Below are positions 1 to 7,883 of a DNA stretch of 10,727 nt, piece by piece. Source of the stretch: Planctomycetota bacterium (GTDB lineage: Bacteria; Planctomycetota; UBA1135; UBA2386); the NCBI GenBank assembly GCA_947501605.1, contig CANMWZ010000066.1:1-10727 (forward strand), read 5' to 3'. The translations under genes and the position numbers were made by a program. A model generated the notes under the pieces. The model had not been told where the DNA came from. It searched no databases and saw only the letters and a program-made list of their open reading frames with translations. Numbering within the stretch: position 1 is the stretch's first letter; each line of letters opens with the position of its first letter.

Positions 1-286
1 GCGACGGCTCCACGCATGTCGTCCTCGACCCGCTCACCTTCCTCGAACGCCTCTGCGCGCTGGTGCCGCGACCGCGACGCATGATGCTCACGTATCACGG
101 CGTGCTCGCGCCCGCTGCTGGGATGCGCGACCGCGTCGTGCCGCCGCCGCCATTGCTGCCTGACGATGACGATGGCGGCTGCGACCACGATGGACAGCGC
201 CAACGCCACCGCTCGCAGTCGTCGACTTCACCCCACCGCCGCACGCTGAAGGACCAACCCTTCGACAACGACCCGCTGCGGCGACG
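1..286 (+). pseudogene. IS91/ISCR-family (Y2 rolling-circle) transposase C-terminal fragment, copy 1, 3'-truncated
   Basis: Frame from nt 3 reads DGSTHVVLDPLTFLERLCALVPRPRRMMLTYHGVLAP, matching the recalled IS91/ISCR C-terminal block (DGTTH..F.PL.F..RL.ALVP.PR....R.HGV.AP). Identity to copy 2 stops abruptly at ~286. The 5' part is outside the window. Confidence 0.85.
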
Positions 287-650
287 TGATCGAAGCAAGA
301 ACTCGCTGCGGGGACCCGACAGCGGCCGCGCGGCAGCATTGCAAGAAGTCGATCGCATTGGCAACTACTACAGTCCCGCGCGAGGTCGAGTGACCACGAG
401 ACGTACGCCGCGCCGACGATCCGGTTCGGTTGTGTGCGTTGTCCTCACACTTCGCCGGCGGACTTCGACACGTCGAGGTCTCCTTCGCCGCGACCCGCCG
501 GCGAAGGACAATCCAGTAAGCCAGTCGGCATGCAGAGTTGCGGGGCGGGGACAGAGAACTCGGAGATCCTGAGCCGGGCCGAGACGACGCGCGCATTCCG
601 CAGCCCTATCGAACGAGCGCGCGCGGCACGCACGTTGCCCTTCGTCAGCC

Positions 651-2066
651 ATGACTCATCGCCAATCCGCGGCCCACGAACCCACGCGCCGGAACCGCTA
701 TTCGAACTTCTGCTGTGCCCTCACCCTCGCACTGGCCGCATGCGGCGGCGGTGGCGGTGGCAGCAGTGGGACCGTCACACCTTCGACCGGCTCCGCGGTG
801 CACCTCGTCCTCGACACCGCCGCGGGCACGCCCGCTCTCGTGCAGGCCCAGGTCGTCGGCGCGACGCTCGAACGCAGCGACGGCAGCCAGACCAGCAACC
901 TGCTCGTCGCGCCGCGCAACGTCGTGCTGAGTCACCCGAGCGGCGAGGCCGAGGGTCTCGAACTGCGCCACGTCGACGGCGGCAACTACACCGCACTCCA
1001 CCTCGTGTTCGCGCCCGGAACGGGCAGCGCGCAGATGGAGGACGGCAGCCATCACTCGGTCGATCTCTCGTCGAACGACCTGCGCATCGCCTTCGAGGAC
1101 GACTTCGTGCACGGCAGCCGCAGCGAGAACTGGCTCTCCGTGCGCCACTCGAGTTCGTCGGCCCTGACCGGCGCCGGCACGCACCACACGTGGTCGCCTT
1201 CGCTCGCTGGCGGCGGTGCTGCGGACGACTCGCTCGGCGGCATGACGATGCACGTCAGTGGCCGCAGCGCGAATGGATTCACGGCGCGCATCCCTGGCGA
1301 CGACCGCGGCCAGGTCCACGTCGAGATCGAGAACGAGAGCGAGCTGTTCGACGACAACGGCGGTCGGCACGGGGATCACGCGTCGTGGGTGGCGGGCGTG
1401 CAGGTCGGCGACGACGTGTTCGTCAGCGGCACGATCTCGCAGAACGGCACGATCCGCGGCCGCCGCGCTCGCGACGACGGCCAGCGCAACTCGCCGCGCC
1501 ACGTCGGTCGCATCACGTCGCTCGACGGCGGCGCGGGCACGTTCGAGATGGACGTGCTCGCGACCACGCTGCACGGCGACCGCTCGCAGATGCAGACCCC
1601 GGACCACGTCGTCGTCACCGTCGGCACCGCCGAGATCCACTTCTCGCGCACGCAGCAGCAGCTGACGTTCGACGATCTGCAGCAGGGTGCACTCGTGAAG
1701 GTCGAGTTCAGCTCGCGCACCGGCAGCAGTGTCACGGCGCGCGAGATCGACGTCAGCAGCCGCGACGGTCAGCCGCAGTTCCCCGAGTCCGAAGGGCTCG
1801 TCAGCGCCGTCGACATCGCGAACAACACGATCACGGTCGTGCGCCGCAACAACGACCCGCTCCTCGTCGGCGGCCAGCCGCTGACCAGCGTGACGCTGCA
1901 CGTGTCGGCGAACACCTTCCTGTTCCGCAAGGACCGCAGCGGCGGCGGCCGCGGTGCGATCACGCTCGGCCAGGTCGTTCCCGGCAGTGATCGCATCTGG
2001 TTCCGCGGCACGGTCACGAGCCCGGGTCAGGTCGACGCCGACTGGGTGCGCGTGCGGACGAACTGA
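651..2066 (+). CDS. Lipoprotein with repeated DUF5666-like beta domains (471 aa)
   Basis: Lipobox LAAC (Cys31) followed by a poly-Gly/Ser linker. Repeated 'VQVGDDVFVSG' and 'LQQGALVKVEF...VTAREI' motifs resemble DUF5666. GC3-biased, protein-like composition. Confidence 0.8.
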   Translation: MTHRQSAAHEPTRRNRYSNFCCALTLALAACGGGGGGSSGTVTPSTGSAVHLVLDTAAGTPALVQAQVVGATLERSDGSQTSNLLVAPRNVVLSHPSGEAEGLELRHVDGGNYTALHLVFAPGTGSAQMEDGSHHSVDLSSNDLRIAFEDDFVHGSRSENWLSVRHSSSSALTGAGTHHTWSPSLAGGGAADDSLGGMTMHVSGRSANGFTARIPGDDRGQVHVEIENESELFDDNGGRHGDHASWVAGVQVGDDVFVSGTISQNGTIRGRRARDDGQRNSPRHVGRITSLDGGAGTFEMDVLATTLHGDRSQMQTPDHVVVTVGTAEIHFSRTQQQLTFDDLQQGALVKVEFSSRTGSSVTAREIDVSSRDGQPQFPESEGLVSAVDIANNTITVVRRNNDPLLVGGQPLTSVTLHVSANTFLFRKDRSGGGRGAITLGQVVPGSDRIWFRGTVTSPGQVDADWVRVRTN

Positions 2067-2069
2067 GGC
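1940..2069 (+). repeat. Direct repeat A, copy 1 (last codons and stop of the lipoprotein gene)
   Basis: 130 bp, 123/130 identical to 4661-4790 by manual alignment. 1989-2069 (81 bp) is identical. Confidence 0.97.
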
Positions 2070-2120
2070 GTTCGCGGCCTGCGCGAGGGAACGAGCGCGC
2101 GGGCGAGGACAGCCGCAGCG

Positions 2121-2155
2121 AGTTGGCGGCGCCCGTTCGGGTGCCGCCAGTTTCT
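2121..2155 (+). terminator. Probable intrinsic terminator of the lipoprotein gene
   Basis: TGGCGGCGCCC-GTTC-GGGTGCCGCCA stem (one G-U pair) followed by GTTTCT. The U-tract is weak. Confidence 0.55.
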
Positions 2156-2173
2156 CGCGCACGGCCGGAGGCA

Positions 2174-2179
2174 TACACT
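2174..2179 (+). promoter_or_regulatory. Putative -10 box for a leaderless transcript
   Basis: TACACT exactly 7 nt before ATG 2187. Confidence 0.5.
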
Positions 2180-2186
2180 GCGCGCG

Positions 2187-4586
2187 ATGCGTCCTTCGGG
2201 CTGGTTCGCGCTGCTCCTCGCAGCGGCAACGATCGCGTGGCTCCTGTGCCGCGACGACGCGTCCGCGCCCGTCACCGACCCGGCGACGCGGAGCACGATC
2301 TCCGAGGACGAGCACCCCAGCGCGTCCGCGCAGACGACCACCGAATCGAGCCATCGCACGGCGGTGGCACGCGAAGCGGGCGAAGAACAGGGATCGCTGC
2401 GCGTCCTCGCGCAGCTGCCGAACGGCGAACCCGCCGCGGGTGCCGTGGTGCGGTTCTCGGAGAAGGCACCGGAGCGGGCTCGCCGCACGCAGTGGGACTG
2501 GCACAGGGCAGAGGACCTCGAACGGGAGCTCACGACCTCCGGCCGCGAAGCGATCGCCGATTCGCGCGGCATCGCGATCGTGCCCGTGTCGACGCAGACG
2601 CTGTGCGTTCGCAGCGGCGACTTCTACGGCGAAGCCGAGGTCGGCGACGGACGAACCGAGGTCCGCGTCCTCCTCTCGCTCGACATCACGATCCTCGTGC
2701 TCGTGCGCGACCAGCAGGGACGGCCGCGCGAGCACTTCGACGTCACGGCGAACGTGCTCGCGGAGTCGCGGATCGAGGGGGCCATCGACAGTCGCTGGCG
2801 GCTGACGACGACCGACGCGCGTGGCCTCGCCTCGCTGCCGCATGCGCAGCTCGCTGTACCGCTGCCCGGGCCAGACCTCTTGGTCTGGAAGATGGTGTTG
2901 GAGTGCGACTACGGCCCCGAGCTCGAACGAACGGTCACCGCCGCCGAGTTCGCTGCCGAACGCCCACTCGTGCTCGAAGTGCCTGCCGGCGGTTCGATCG
3001 CCGTCGAGGTCCAGAATCCCGACGACAGGTCGCCGTGGGCCGACGTGTCGATCGAGGATCCGCAGGCCAGGCTCGTGGTCGGAGGCGATCCCCGCGACGA
3101 CGCGTACTGGTTCCAGCAGTTGCCGCTCGGTCGCAGGTGGATCGCGACGGTGGAGTCCTTCGGCGAGCGCGTGCAACGCGAGATCGACGGACCGACACAG
3201 GTCGACGAGGTCGTGCGCGTGCGCATCGACCTGCCGCTGCTCAGGATCCTGGTGCGCGGCCGCGTCGTGCGACCGGACGGCGTCCCCGTTCCGAGAGCGA
3301 GCATCCGGTTCGCAGGTGCGCCCGTGCGCTTCTTCCGCGAGACGACGGAGAGTCGCGACGGATCGCTCGGGGATCGCGTCGGCGACTTCGCCTTCCACGG
3401 CGCAATGCCAGCGGACGTCGCAAACGTGGCCGGCGCGACGCTGCACGTCGAACGCGAGTCGTACTGCGTCCCGACCACGATCGTGCTGCCGGCGCTGCAC
3501 GCGGGCGAGAACGAACTCGGCGACGTCGTCGTGCAGTTGCCGCCGGACGAGATGCGCCTCGCGTCGGTCGAGGTGCGCGCCGGGGGTCGCAACATCTCGC
3601 AGGAGGCGTGGGCCTTCCTCCAGGCCGCCGGAGACACGCAGGTCAACTCGGTGACCTCGATTCGCGCCGTGCGCGACGACCGCATCGAGTTCCTCGGACC
3701 GAGGACGACGAGCCCGCTCGTGATCGGCGCGAGTTGCGACGGCTTCCTCTCGCGCCGAGTGCCCGTTCGACTCGGCGAACACGTCGTCGTCGAACTGGAA
3801 CCCGAGGCTCGGCTCGCCGTGCGCGCATTGCTCCCACCGGTGCCGCAGCGGCTGTGCACCGCCGTGTTGTCCGAACTGGATGCGAACGCGGGGGCCTCGC
3901 GCTTCTTCGACGGCGAAGGCTACTCGTGGGACTCATTGAGTCCGGGGCGGTACCGCCTGCGCCTGTTCGTCGATGGCCGCCCGGTCCACGAAGTGGCTGC
4001 GATCGACCTCGTTCGCGGTGCCAACGTCTGGCCGCCCGACGGTGGCGCGATCGACTTGCGTTCGCGCGCGTTGGCGCATCACGTCGACGTCCGCGCGGAG
4101 GACGACAGCGAGATCGAGCGATGGCGGTGCTACGTGCTGCCCGTCGACCGCGGGACACCGCCCGAGGAGTTCGACCGCGGCGAGTTCGCGATGCGCCTGC
4201 CGCAGTGGTTCGTCGTGCGCAGCGAGCCCGTGGAACTCGTCGTCACCGCCGCGGGCTTCGTTCCGAAGCGCGTGCTGGCGCCGACTGCCGACACCGTCGT
4301 ACGACTCACGCCGTGCACCAAGGTCCGCGTGCATGCTCCGGCTGGCGAGAACGTTCGCGTCGGCGTCGTCGTGGTCGAGGACGGCGTGTGCGATCCGTGG
4401 CTGCGCGCGCTCGACGCAGACAACGTGCACGAGGAGGACTCGAGCCTCGTCGCCGAGGACGAGCCTGCGGAGTTCGCATTCGCTCCGGGCACCGTGGTCG
4501 AACTGTCGCTCGAACGCGAGGGCGTCACGCCGACCCCTCGGCGCGTGACCGTCGGGAACATCCCGCTCGAGATCGTGCTGCGGTAG
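2187..4586 (+). CDS. Secreted/membrane-anchored protein with carboxypeptidase-regulatory-like (prealbumin-fold) beta-sandwich repeats (799 aa)
   Basis: N-terminal hydrophobic segment. Repeated motifs such as 'VLVRDQQGRP', 'TTDARGLA', 'VRGRVVRPDGVPVPRASI' and 'LSPGRYRLRL'. Normal composition, unlike the overlapping Arg-rich ORFs. Confidence 0.8.
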   Translation: MRPSGWFALLLAAATIAWLLCRDDASAPVTDPATRSTISEDEHPSASAQTTTESSHRTAVAREAGEEQGSLRVLAQLPNGEPAAGAVVRFSEKAPERARRTQWDWHRAEDLERELTTSGREAIADSRGIAIVPVSTQTLCVRSGDFYGEAEVGDGRTEVRVLLSLDITILVLVRDQQGRPREHFDVTANVLAESRIEGAIDSRWRLTTTDARGLASLPHAQLAVPLPGPDLLVWKMVLECDYGPELERTVTAAEFAAERPLVLEVPAGGSIAVEVQNPDDRSPWADVSIEDPQARLVVGGDPRDDAYWFQQLPLGRRWIATVESFGERVQREIDGPTQVDEVVRVRIDLPLLRILVRGRVVRPDGVPVPRASIRFAGAPVRFFRETTESRDGSLGDRVGDFAFHGAMPADVANVAGATLHVERESYCVPTTIVLPALHAGENELGDVVVQLPPDEMRLASVEVRAGGRNISQEAWAFLQAAGDTQVNSVTSIRAVRDDRIEFLGPRTTSPLVIGASCDGFLSRRVPVRLGEHVVVELEPEARLAVRALLPPVPQRLCTAVLSELDANAGASRFFDGEGYSWDSLSPGRYRLRLFVDGRPVHEVAAIDLVRGANVWPPDGGAIDLRSRALAHHVDVRAEDDSEIERWRCYVLPVDRGTPPEEFDRGEFAMRLPQWFVVRSEPVELVVTAAGFVPKRVLAPTADTVVRLTPCTKVRVHAPAGENVRVGVVVVEDGVCDPWLRALDADNVHEEDSSLVAEDEPAEFAFAPGTVVELSLEREGVTPTPRRVTVGNIPLEIVLR

Positions 4587-4660
4587 CATGCCGTTCTCGA
4601 CAGCGCCCCGCCCGACCGGTCCCCTCGAGTCGCATCCCTTCTGGTCGACAGCAGAGAATC

Positions 4661-4790
4661 CGGCGGCGGCCGCGGCGTGATCACGCTCGATCAGGTCGTC
4701 CCCGGTAGCGATCGCATCTGGTTCCGCGGCACGGTCACGAGCCCGGGTCAGGTCGACGCCGACTGGGTGCGCGTGCGGACGAACTGAGGC
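4661..4790 (+). repeat. Direct repeat A, copy 2: orphan 3' fragment of the lipoprotein gene
   Basis: Encodes GGGRGVITLDQVVPGSDRIWFRGTVTSPGQVDADWVRVRTN*. Seven differences from copy 1, all transitions, all in the first ~50 bp. Confidence 0.97.
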
Positions 4791-4900
4791 AGCGCTGGCG
4801 GTTCGAAGTCCGCAGGCGCTCGGCCGCGGCTTCGCTCCTTTCCTTCGCGCGCGTGGCACCGTCCGACGGGTGGCTCGTATCCACCCGTTCGAGCCCCACG

Positions 4901-5461
4901 ATGCCACCACGCGCGTTCCGTTTCCTCGGCGGCACCTACGGACCGTGGGTCGTCACGTCCTTCCGCCCCTTCCGTGGCGAGGCGCTGCCGCCCGTCGAAC
5001 GCATCGCGGACGAACCCGGCCTCGACCCTTCGCTACCCGAAGGATCGCGCTGGCTCTTGCGCGGCGTGACGAGCAACGAGCGCTACGCGACGAAGGCCGA
5101 GAAGGCATCGATGCAACGCGTGCAAGCTCCGCTCGGAAGGCCCGAGGCCACGCACGGCGCGATGATCCCGATCCGCAAGAGCGCCGCGTGGTGGGCGCTC
5201 GCGCAAGACGAACGGCGCGAGGTGTTCGAGGAGACGTCGCGGCACATTGCGATTGGCGCGAAGTACCTGCCCGCGATCGCGCGGCGCCTCCACCACTGCC
5301 GCGACCTCGGGTGTGACGAGCCGTTCGACTTCGTGACCTGGTTCGACTTCGCGGGCGCACATGCGTCCGCGTTCGAGGACCTCGTGGCTGCGCTGCGGGC
5401 GACGCGCGAATGGGACTTCGTCGAGCGCGAGTTCGACGTGCGCATGGTGCGCGCGGTGTGA
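4901..5461 (+). CDS. cld: Chlorite dismutase, short clade-2 type (186 aa from ATG 4901; ORF track start 4853)
   Basis: Motifs 'LRGVTSNERY', 'IPIRKSAAWWALAQDERR', 'HI....KYLPAIARRLHHCRD', 'EPFDFVTWF' and 'LRATREWDFVERE' closely match recalled Nitrobacter/Klebsiella-type Cld. The likely proximal His and distal Arg (IAR) are present. Confidence 0.9.
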   Translation: MPPRAFRFLGGTYGPWVVTSFRPFRGEALPPVERIADEPGLDPSLPEGSRWLLRGVTSNERYATKAEKASMQRVQAPLGRPEATHGAMIPIRKSAAWWALAQDERREVFEETSRHIAIGAKYLPAIARRLHHCRDLGCDEPFDFVTWFDFAGAHASAFEDLVAALRATREWDFVEREFDVRMVRAV

Positions 5462-5606
5462 ACGCTGCTCAACACGGATTCTTGCCGTCGACGGGCGCAG
5501 CGACCTCCGACCGCGCGGGCGCCCGCGATGTAGTTGGCGCCGAATCCAAGCAACTCCGAACTGCAGCCTCGGCAACTCGGCCGGCGGCGCTGTGTTCATT
5601 GGGCGA

Positions 5607-5738
5607 CTGCGTGGGGAATCTCACCTCGAATAGAGGTTGCGGACGCGATCCACGGCGGCCACTTCGCGGGACGGAGCCCCACGACCACCATCCCGCGCGA
5701 CTCGCGGATGGTCCGGGAGCCCCTTTGGAAGTCCTACC
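5607..5738. repeat. Direct repeat B, copy 1: structured 132-bp element of unknown type
   Basis: 125/132 identical to 7382-7513. Contains four stems (see findings). Confidence 0.95.
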
Positions 5739-5896
5739 CTGCCGGTTCGCATCACGGCAACTCCTGGGTGTGGGGAAAGCAACGCGGGCAGGACGTGCGG
5801 GATTCGTGCGGTGGGACTCTGGTCCTAGCCCGCCGGATGGTCAACCGCCGATGCCGCGGTTGGGCAAGACGCATCGGGTGCTCGCCGCCCAACGCC

Positions 5897-5902
5897 TAGG
5901 AT
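5897..5902 (+). promoter_or_regulatory. Putative -10 box for a leaderless transcript
   Basis: TAGGAT exactly 7 nt before ATG 5910, with no obvious Shine-Dalgarno sequence. Confidence 0.5.
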
Positions 5903-5909
5903 CCCCGCG

Positions 5910-7037
5910 ATGTTGATTGCCCTCGCCGCGACCTTCCTCGTTCCTCAGCAACCCGCCGCTGTCGCGCCACCTGCACCGCTGGTCGCCGCGCTCGCGCCCG
6001 CCGCCGCCGGCGACAAGGGGGGACCGCGTTGGAGCCCGAAGGGTGCGACGGTGCCGCTCACGCTCGGCGACCAGGGGCCCACCGGCAGCTTCACCGTCGG
6101 CACGCCCGACGCGCCGGCAGTGACCGTTCGCCTGCAGAAGAGCGCTGGTGCCGCGCACTACGACCAGCTGTGGCTCGACACCAACCGCGACGGCAAGCTC
6201 GCCGACGACGAGAAGCTGACCACCACGCCGAAGGAACAACGCGGCAAGTGGTGGTCGAGCTTCACCTCGGAGATCGCGATCCCGGTCGCCGCCGAGGCTG
6301 GCAAGCCGGCGACCACGCGGCCGTATCCGCTCAACCTGTGGTTCGTCGAGGACCCGCAAGAGCCCAACGCCCAACCGGCGCTGCGCTGGTCGCGGCACGG
6401 CTGGCACGAAGGCACGGTCGAGATCGCCGGCAAGCCGGCGCTGGTGATGATCACCGAGATGGAGATGGACGGGGTGTTCGACCAACGCGACAGCTGGGCG
6501 CTGGCGCGCGAACGCAGCCAACTGTTCACCGCCGACTCGCGCAGCATGGAACGCCATGTCTGGTTCGATGGCGTCGCGTATCGGCCGACGTCGATCGACG
6601 CGCATGGCCGCAGCCTGACCTTCGAGCGCTGCGATCCGGGCATGACCGAGGCCGAGGAGAAGGCCAAGGCCGATGTCTACAAGGCCGACCGCGAGGCGCC
6701 GCGCGCGGCCAAGCCGCTGGCCTTCGGCGGCGATCTGGCGGCGGCGCTGGCGACGGCGAAGCAGGACAAGAAGCGCGTGTTCATCGACTTCCAGACCACT
6801 TGGTGCGGGCCGTGCAGGCAGATGGAGCAGATGGTCTACACCGCGGCGGCGGTGGTGACGGCGGCCGACGGCGTGATCGCGGTCAAGCTCGACGGCGATG
6901 AGCAGCGCGAGTTGGTGAAGAGTTACGGCGTCGCGGCGTATCCGACGATGCTGCTGCTCGACCAGGACGGCAACGAGTTGAAGCGCGCCGTCGGCTACCG
7001 CTCGGTCGCGGCGATGGTCGAGTTCTTCAAGCCGTAG
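5910..7037 (+). CDS. Secreted thioredoxin-family protein (C-terminal WCGPC domain, uncharacterised N-terminal domain), 375 aa
   Basis: 'KRVFIDFQTTWCGPCRQM' and cis-Pro loop 'YGVAAYPTMLLLD'. Hydrophobic Ala/Pro-rich N-terminus. Contains a DxNxDG motif, 'DTNRDGKLADDE'. Confidence 0.9.
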   Translation: MLIALAATFLVPQQPAAVAPPAPLVAALAPAAAGDKGGPRWSPKGATVPLTLGDQGPTGSFTVGTPDAPAVTVRLQKSAGAAHYDQLWLDTNRDGKLADDEKLTTTPKEQRGKWWSSFTSEIAIPVAAEAGKPATTRPYPLNLWFVEDPQEPNAQPALRWSRHGWHEGTVEIAGKPALVMITEMEMDGVFDQRDSWALARERSQLFTADSRSMERHVWFDGVAYRPTSIDAHGRSLTFERCDPGMTEAEEKAKADVYKADREAPRAAKPLAFGGDLAAALATAKQDKKRVFIDFQTTWCGPCRQMEQMVYTAAAVVTAADGVIAVKLDGDEQRELVKSYGVAAYPTMLLLDQDGNELKRAVGYRSVAAMVEFFKP

Positions 7038-7047
7038 CGATCACGCT

Positions 7048-7408
7048 GTGCTGGTCCACCTGCGGAGGGGGGCTCGTTGTCCTGGCCTTGTTGGTCTTGG
7101 CGGTGGGCGCGCTGCTGTTCCTGGTCTACGGCTACAACCGGTTCGAGGTCATCAACCGCAGCGGCGTCGACGTGCGCGACCTGCAGCTCGTGCTGCGCCA
7201 ACTCGACGGCACCGAGGTGCTGCGCATCGAATGTCCGGTGCTGGCTCCGGGTGAGTGCCTGACGCGCCGCCTGCAGCTGCTCGATTCCCGCGCCGAGTGG
7301 TCGTACTCGTGGCACGGCAAGCCGCAGCGCGGCGACGATGGCGACCAGCAACGGCCACGGTTGACCCAGCGCGCGCAGAAGCTGCGTGGGGAATCTCACC
7401 TCGAATAG
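7048..7408 (+). pseudogene. Small single-TM protein, probably frameshifted at a G6 run and running into repeat B
   Basis: GTG 7048 gives MLVHLRRG. Removing one G from 7067-7072 joins it to LVVLALLVLAVGALLFLVYGYNRFEVINRSG (the 7088..7408 frame). The stop codon lies inside repeat B copy 2. Confidence 0.5.
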
Positions 7409-7513
7409 AGGTCGCGGACGCGATCCACGGAGGCCACTTCGCGGGACGGAGCCCCACGACTACCATCCCGCGGGGCTCGCGGATGGTCTGGGAGACCCTT
7501 TGGAAGTCCTACC
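7382..7513. repeat. Direct repeat B, copy 2
   Basis: Same orientation as 5607-5738, offset 1775 bp. Abuts the ISL3 remnant. Confidence 0.95.
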
Positions 7514-7517
7514 TTGC

Positions 7518-7849
7518 GCCTGGTCGCTGAAAGAGACTGCGATGGGCATCTGGCGTTTCGTCAGACGCAGTAGCGCCGGAGCGGCGCTGCGCGAGTGGGT
7601 AACCAAGGCGATGCGCAGCCGCCTCGAGCCGATGAAGCGTGCCGCGAGCATCTGTGGGGCATCGTCAACGCCATGGCCCTGCGGGTCACCAACGCCGCCA
7701 GTGAGTCCGTCAACTCCAAGGTGCAGCGCGTCGAGCGCGCCGCCTGTGGCTTCCGCAACAGAGAGCGATTCAGGAATGCGATTCTGTTCCACCTCGGGGG
7801 CCTCGATCTCTATCCCGCAACCGCGTCAGCTACCCACACGAGTTCCTGA
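7518..7849 (+). pseudogene. ISL3-family transposase C-terminal remnant, frameshifted
   Basis: Reads AWSLKETAMGIW...WVTKAMRSRLEPMKRAA, shifts frame at ~7641-7648, then EHLWGIVNA...TNAASESVNSKVQ...ACGFRNRERFRNAILFHLGGLDLYP. This matches the recalled ISL3 C-terminus. Confidence 0.9.
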
Positions 7850-7856
7850 TGCGCCC
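7826..7856 (+). mobile_element. ISL3 right terminal inverted repeat
   Basis: TCAGCTACCCACACGAGTTCCTGATGCGCCC overlaps the transposase stop codon and matches the reverse complement of 10328-10358 at 27/31 positions. Confidence 0.8.
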
Positions 7857-7883
7857 ACGACCTTACGAATGGGGCGAGGCGGC

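Noticed and set aside
287..572. Rest of ORF 63..572 as transposase
   Set aside because: Homology with copy 2 ends at ~286, and the remainder looks like read-through into unrelated sequence.
605..614. CCTATC-GAAC as an IS91 oriIS end plus target tetranucleotide
   Set aside because: It resembles the recalled IS91 end, but it is only 10 nt, lacks other ori features, and the transposase is already broken ~320 bp upstream. It cannot be supported without an alignment.
611..2101. 13-bp direct repeat GAACGAGCGCGCG (611-623, 2089-2101) flanking the lipoprotein gene
   Set aside because: A few 13-mer matches are expected by chance in 10 kb of ~70% GC sequence.
645..3782. 1045-aa minus-strand ORF
   Set aside because: It is the antisense shadow of two well-supported + strand genes in GC-rich DNA, is Arg-rich and has no recognisable motifs.
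2123..4708. 861-aa + strand ORF and other Arg-rich overlapping ORFs
   Set aside because: These are alternate-frame artefacts of stop-codon scarcity at high GC.
1940..4790. Repeat A as a DGR variable/template repeat pair
   Set aside because: The mismatches are bidirectional C/T changes plus one G/A, mostly at third codon positions. They are not template-adenine-specific on either strand, and no reverse transcriptase is in the window.
5607..7513. Repeat B as a CRISPR repeat or integron attC site
   Set aside because: There are only two copies, 132 bp long and 1.8 kb apart. They lack RYYYAAC/GTTRRRY ends, and no cas or intI gene is present.
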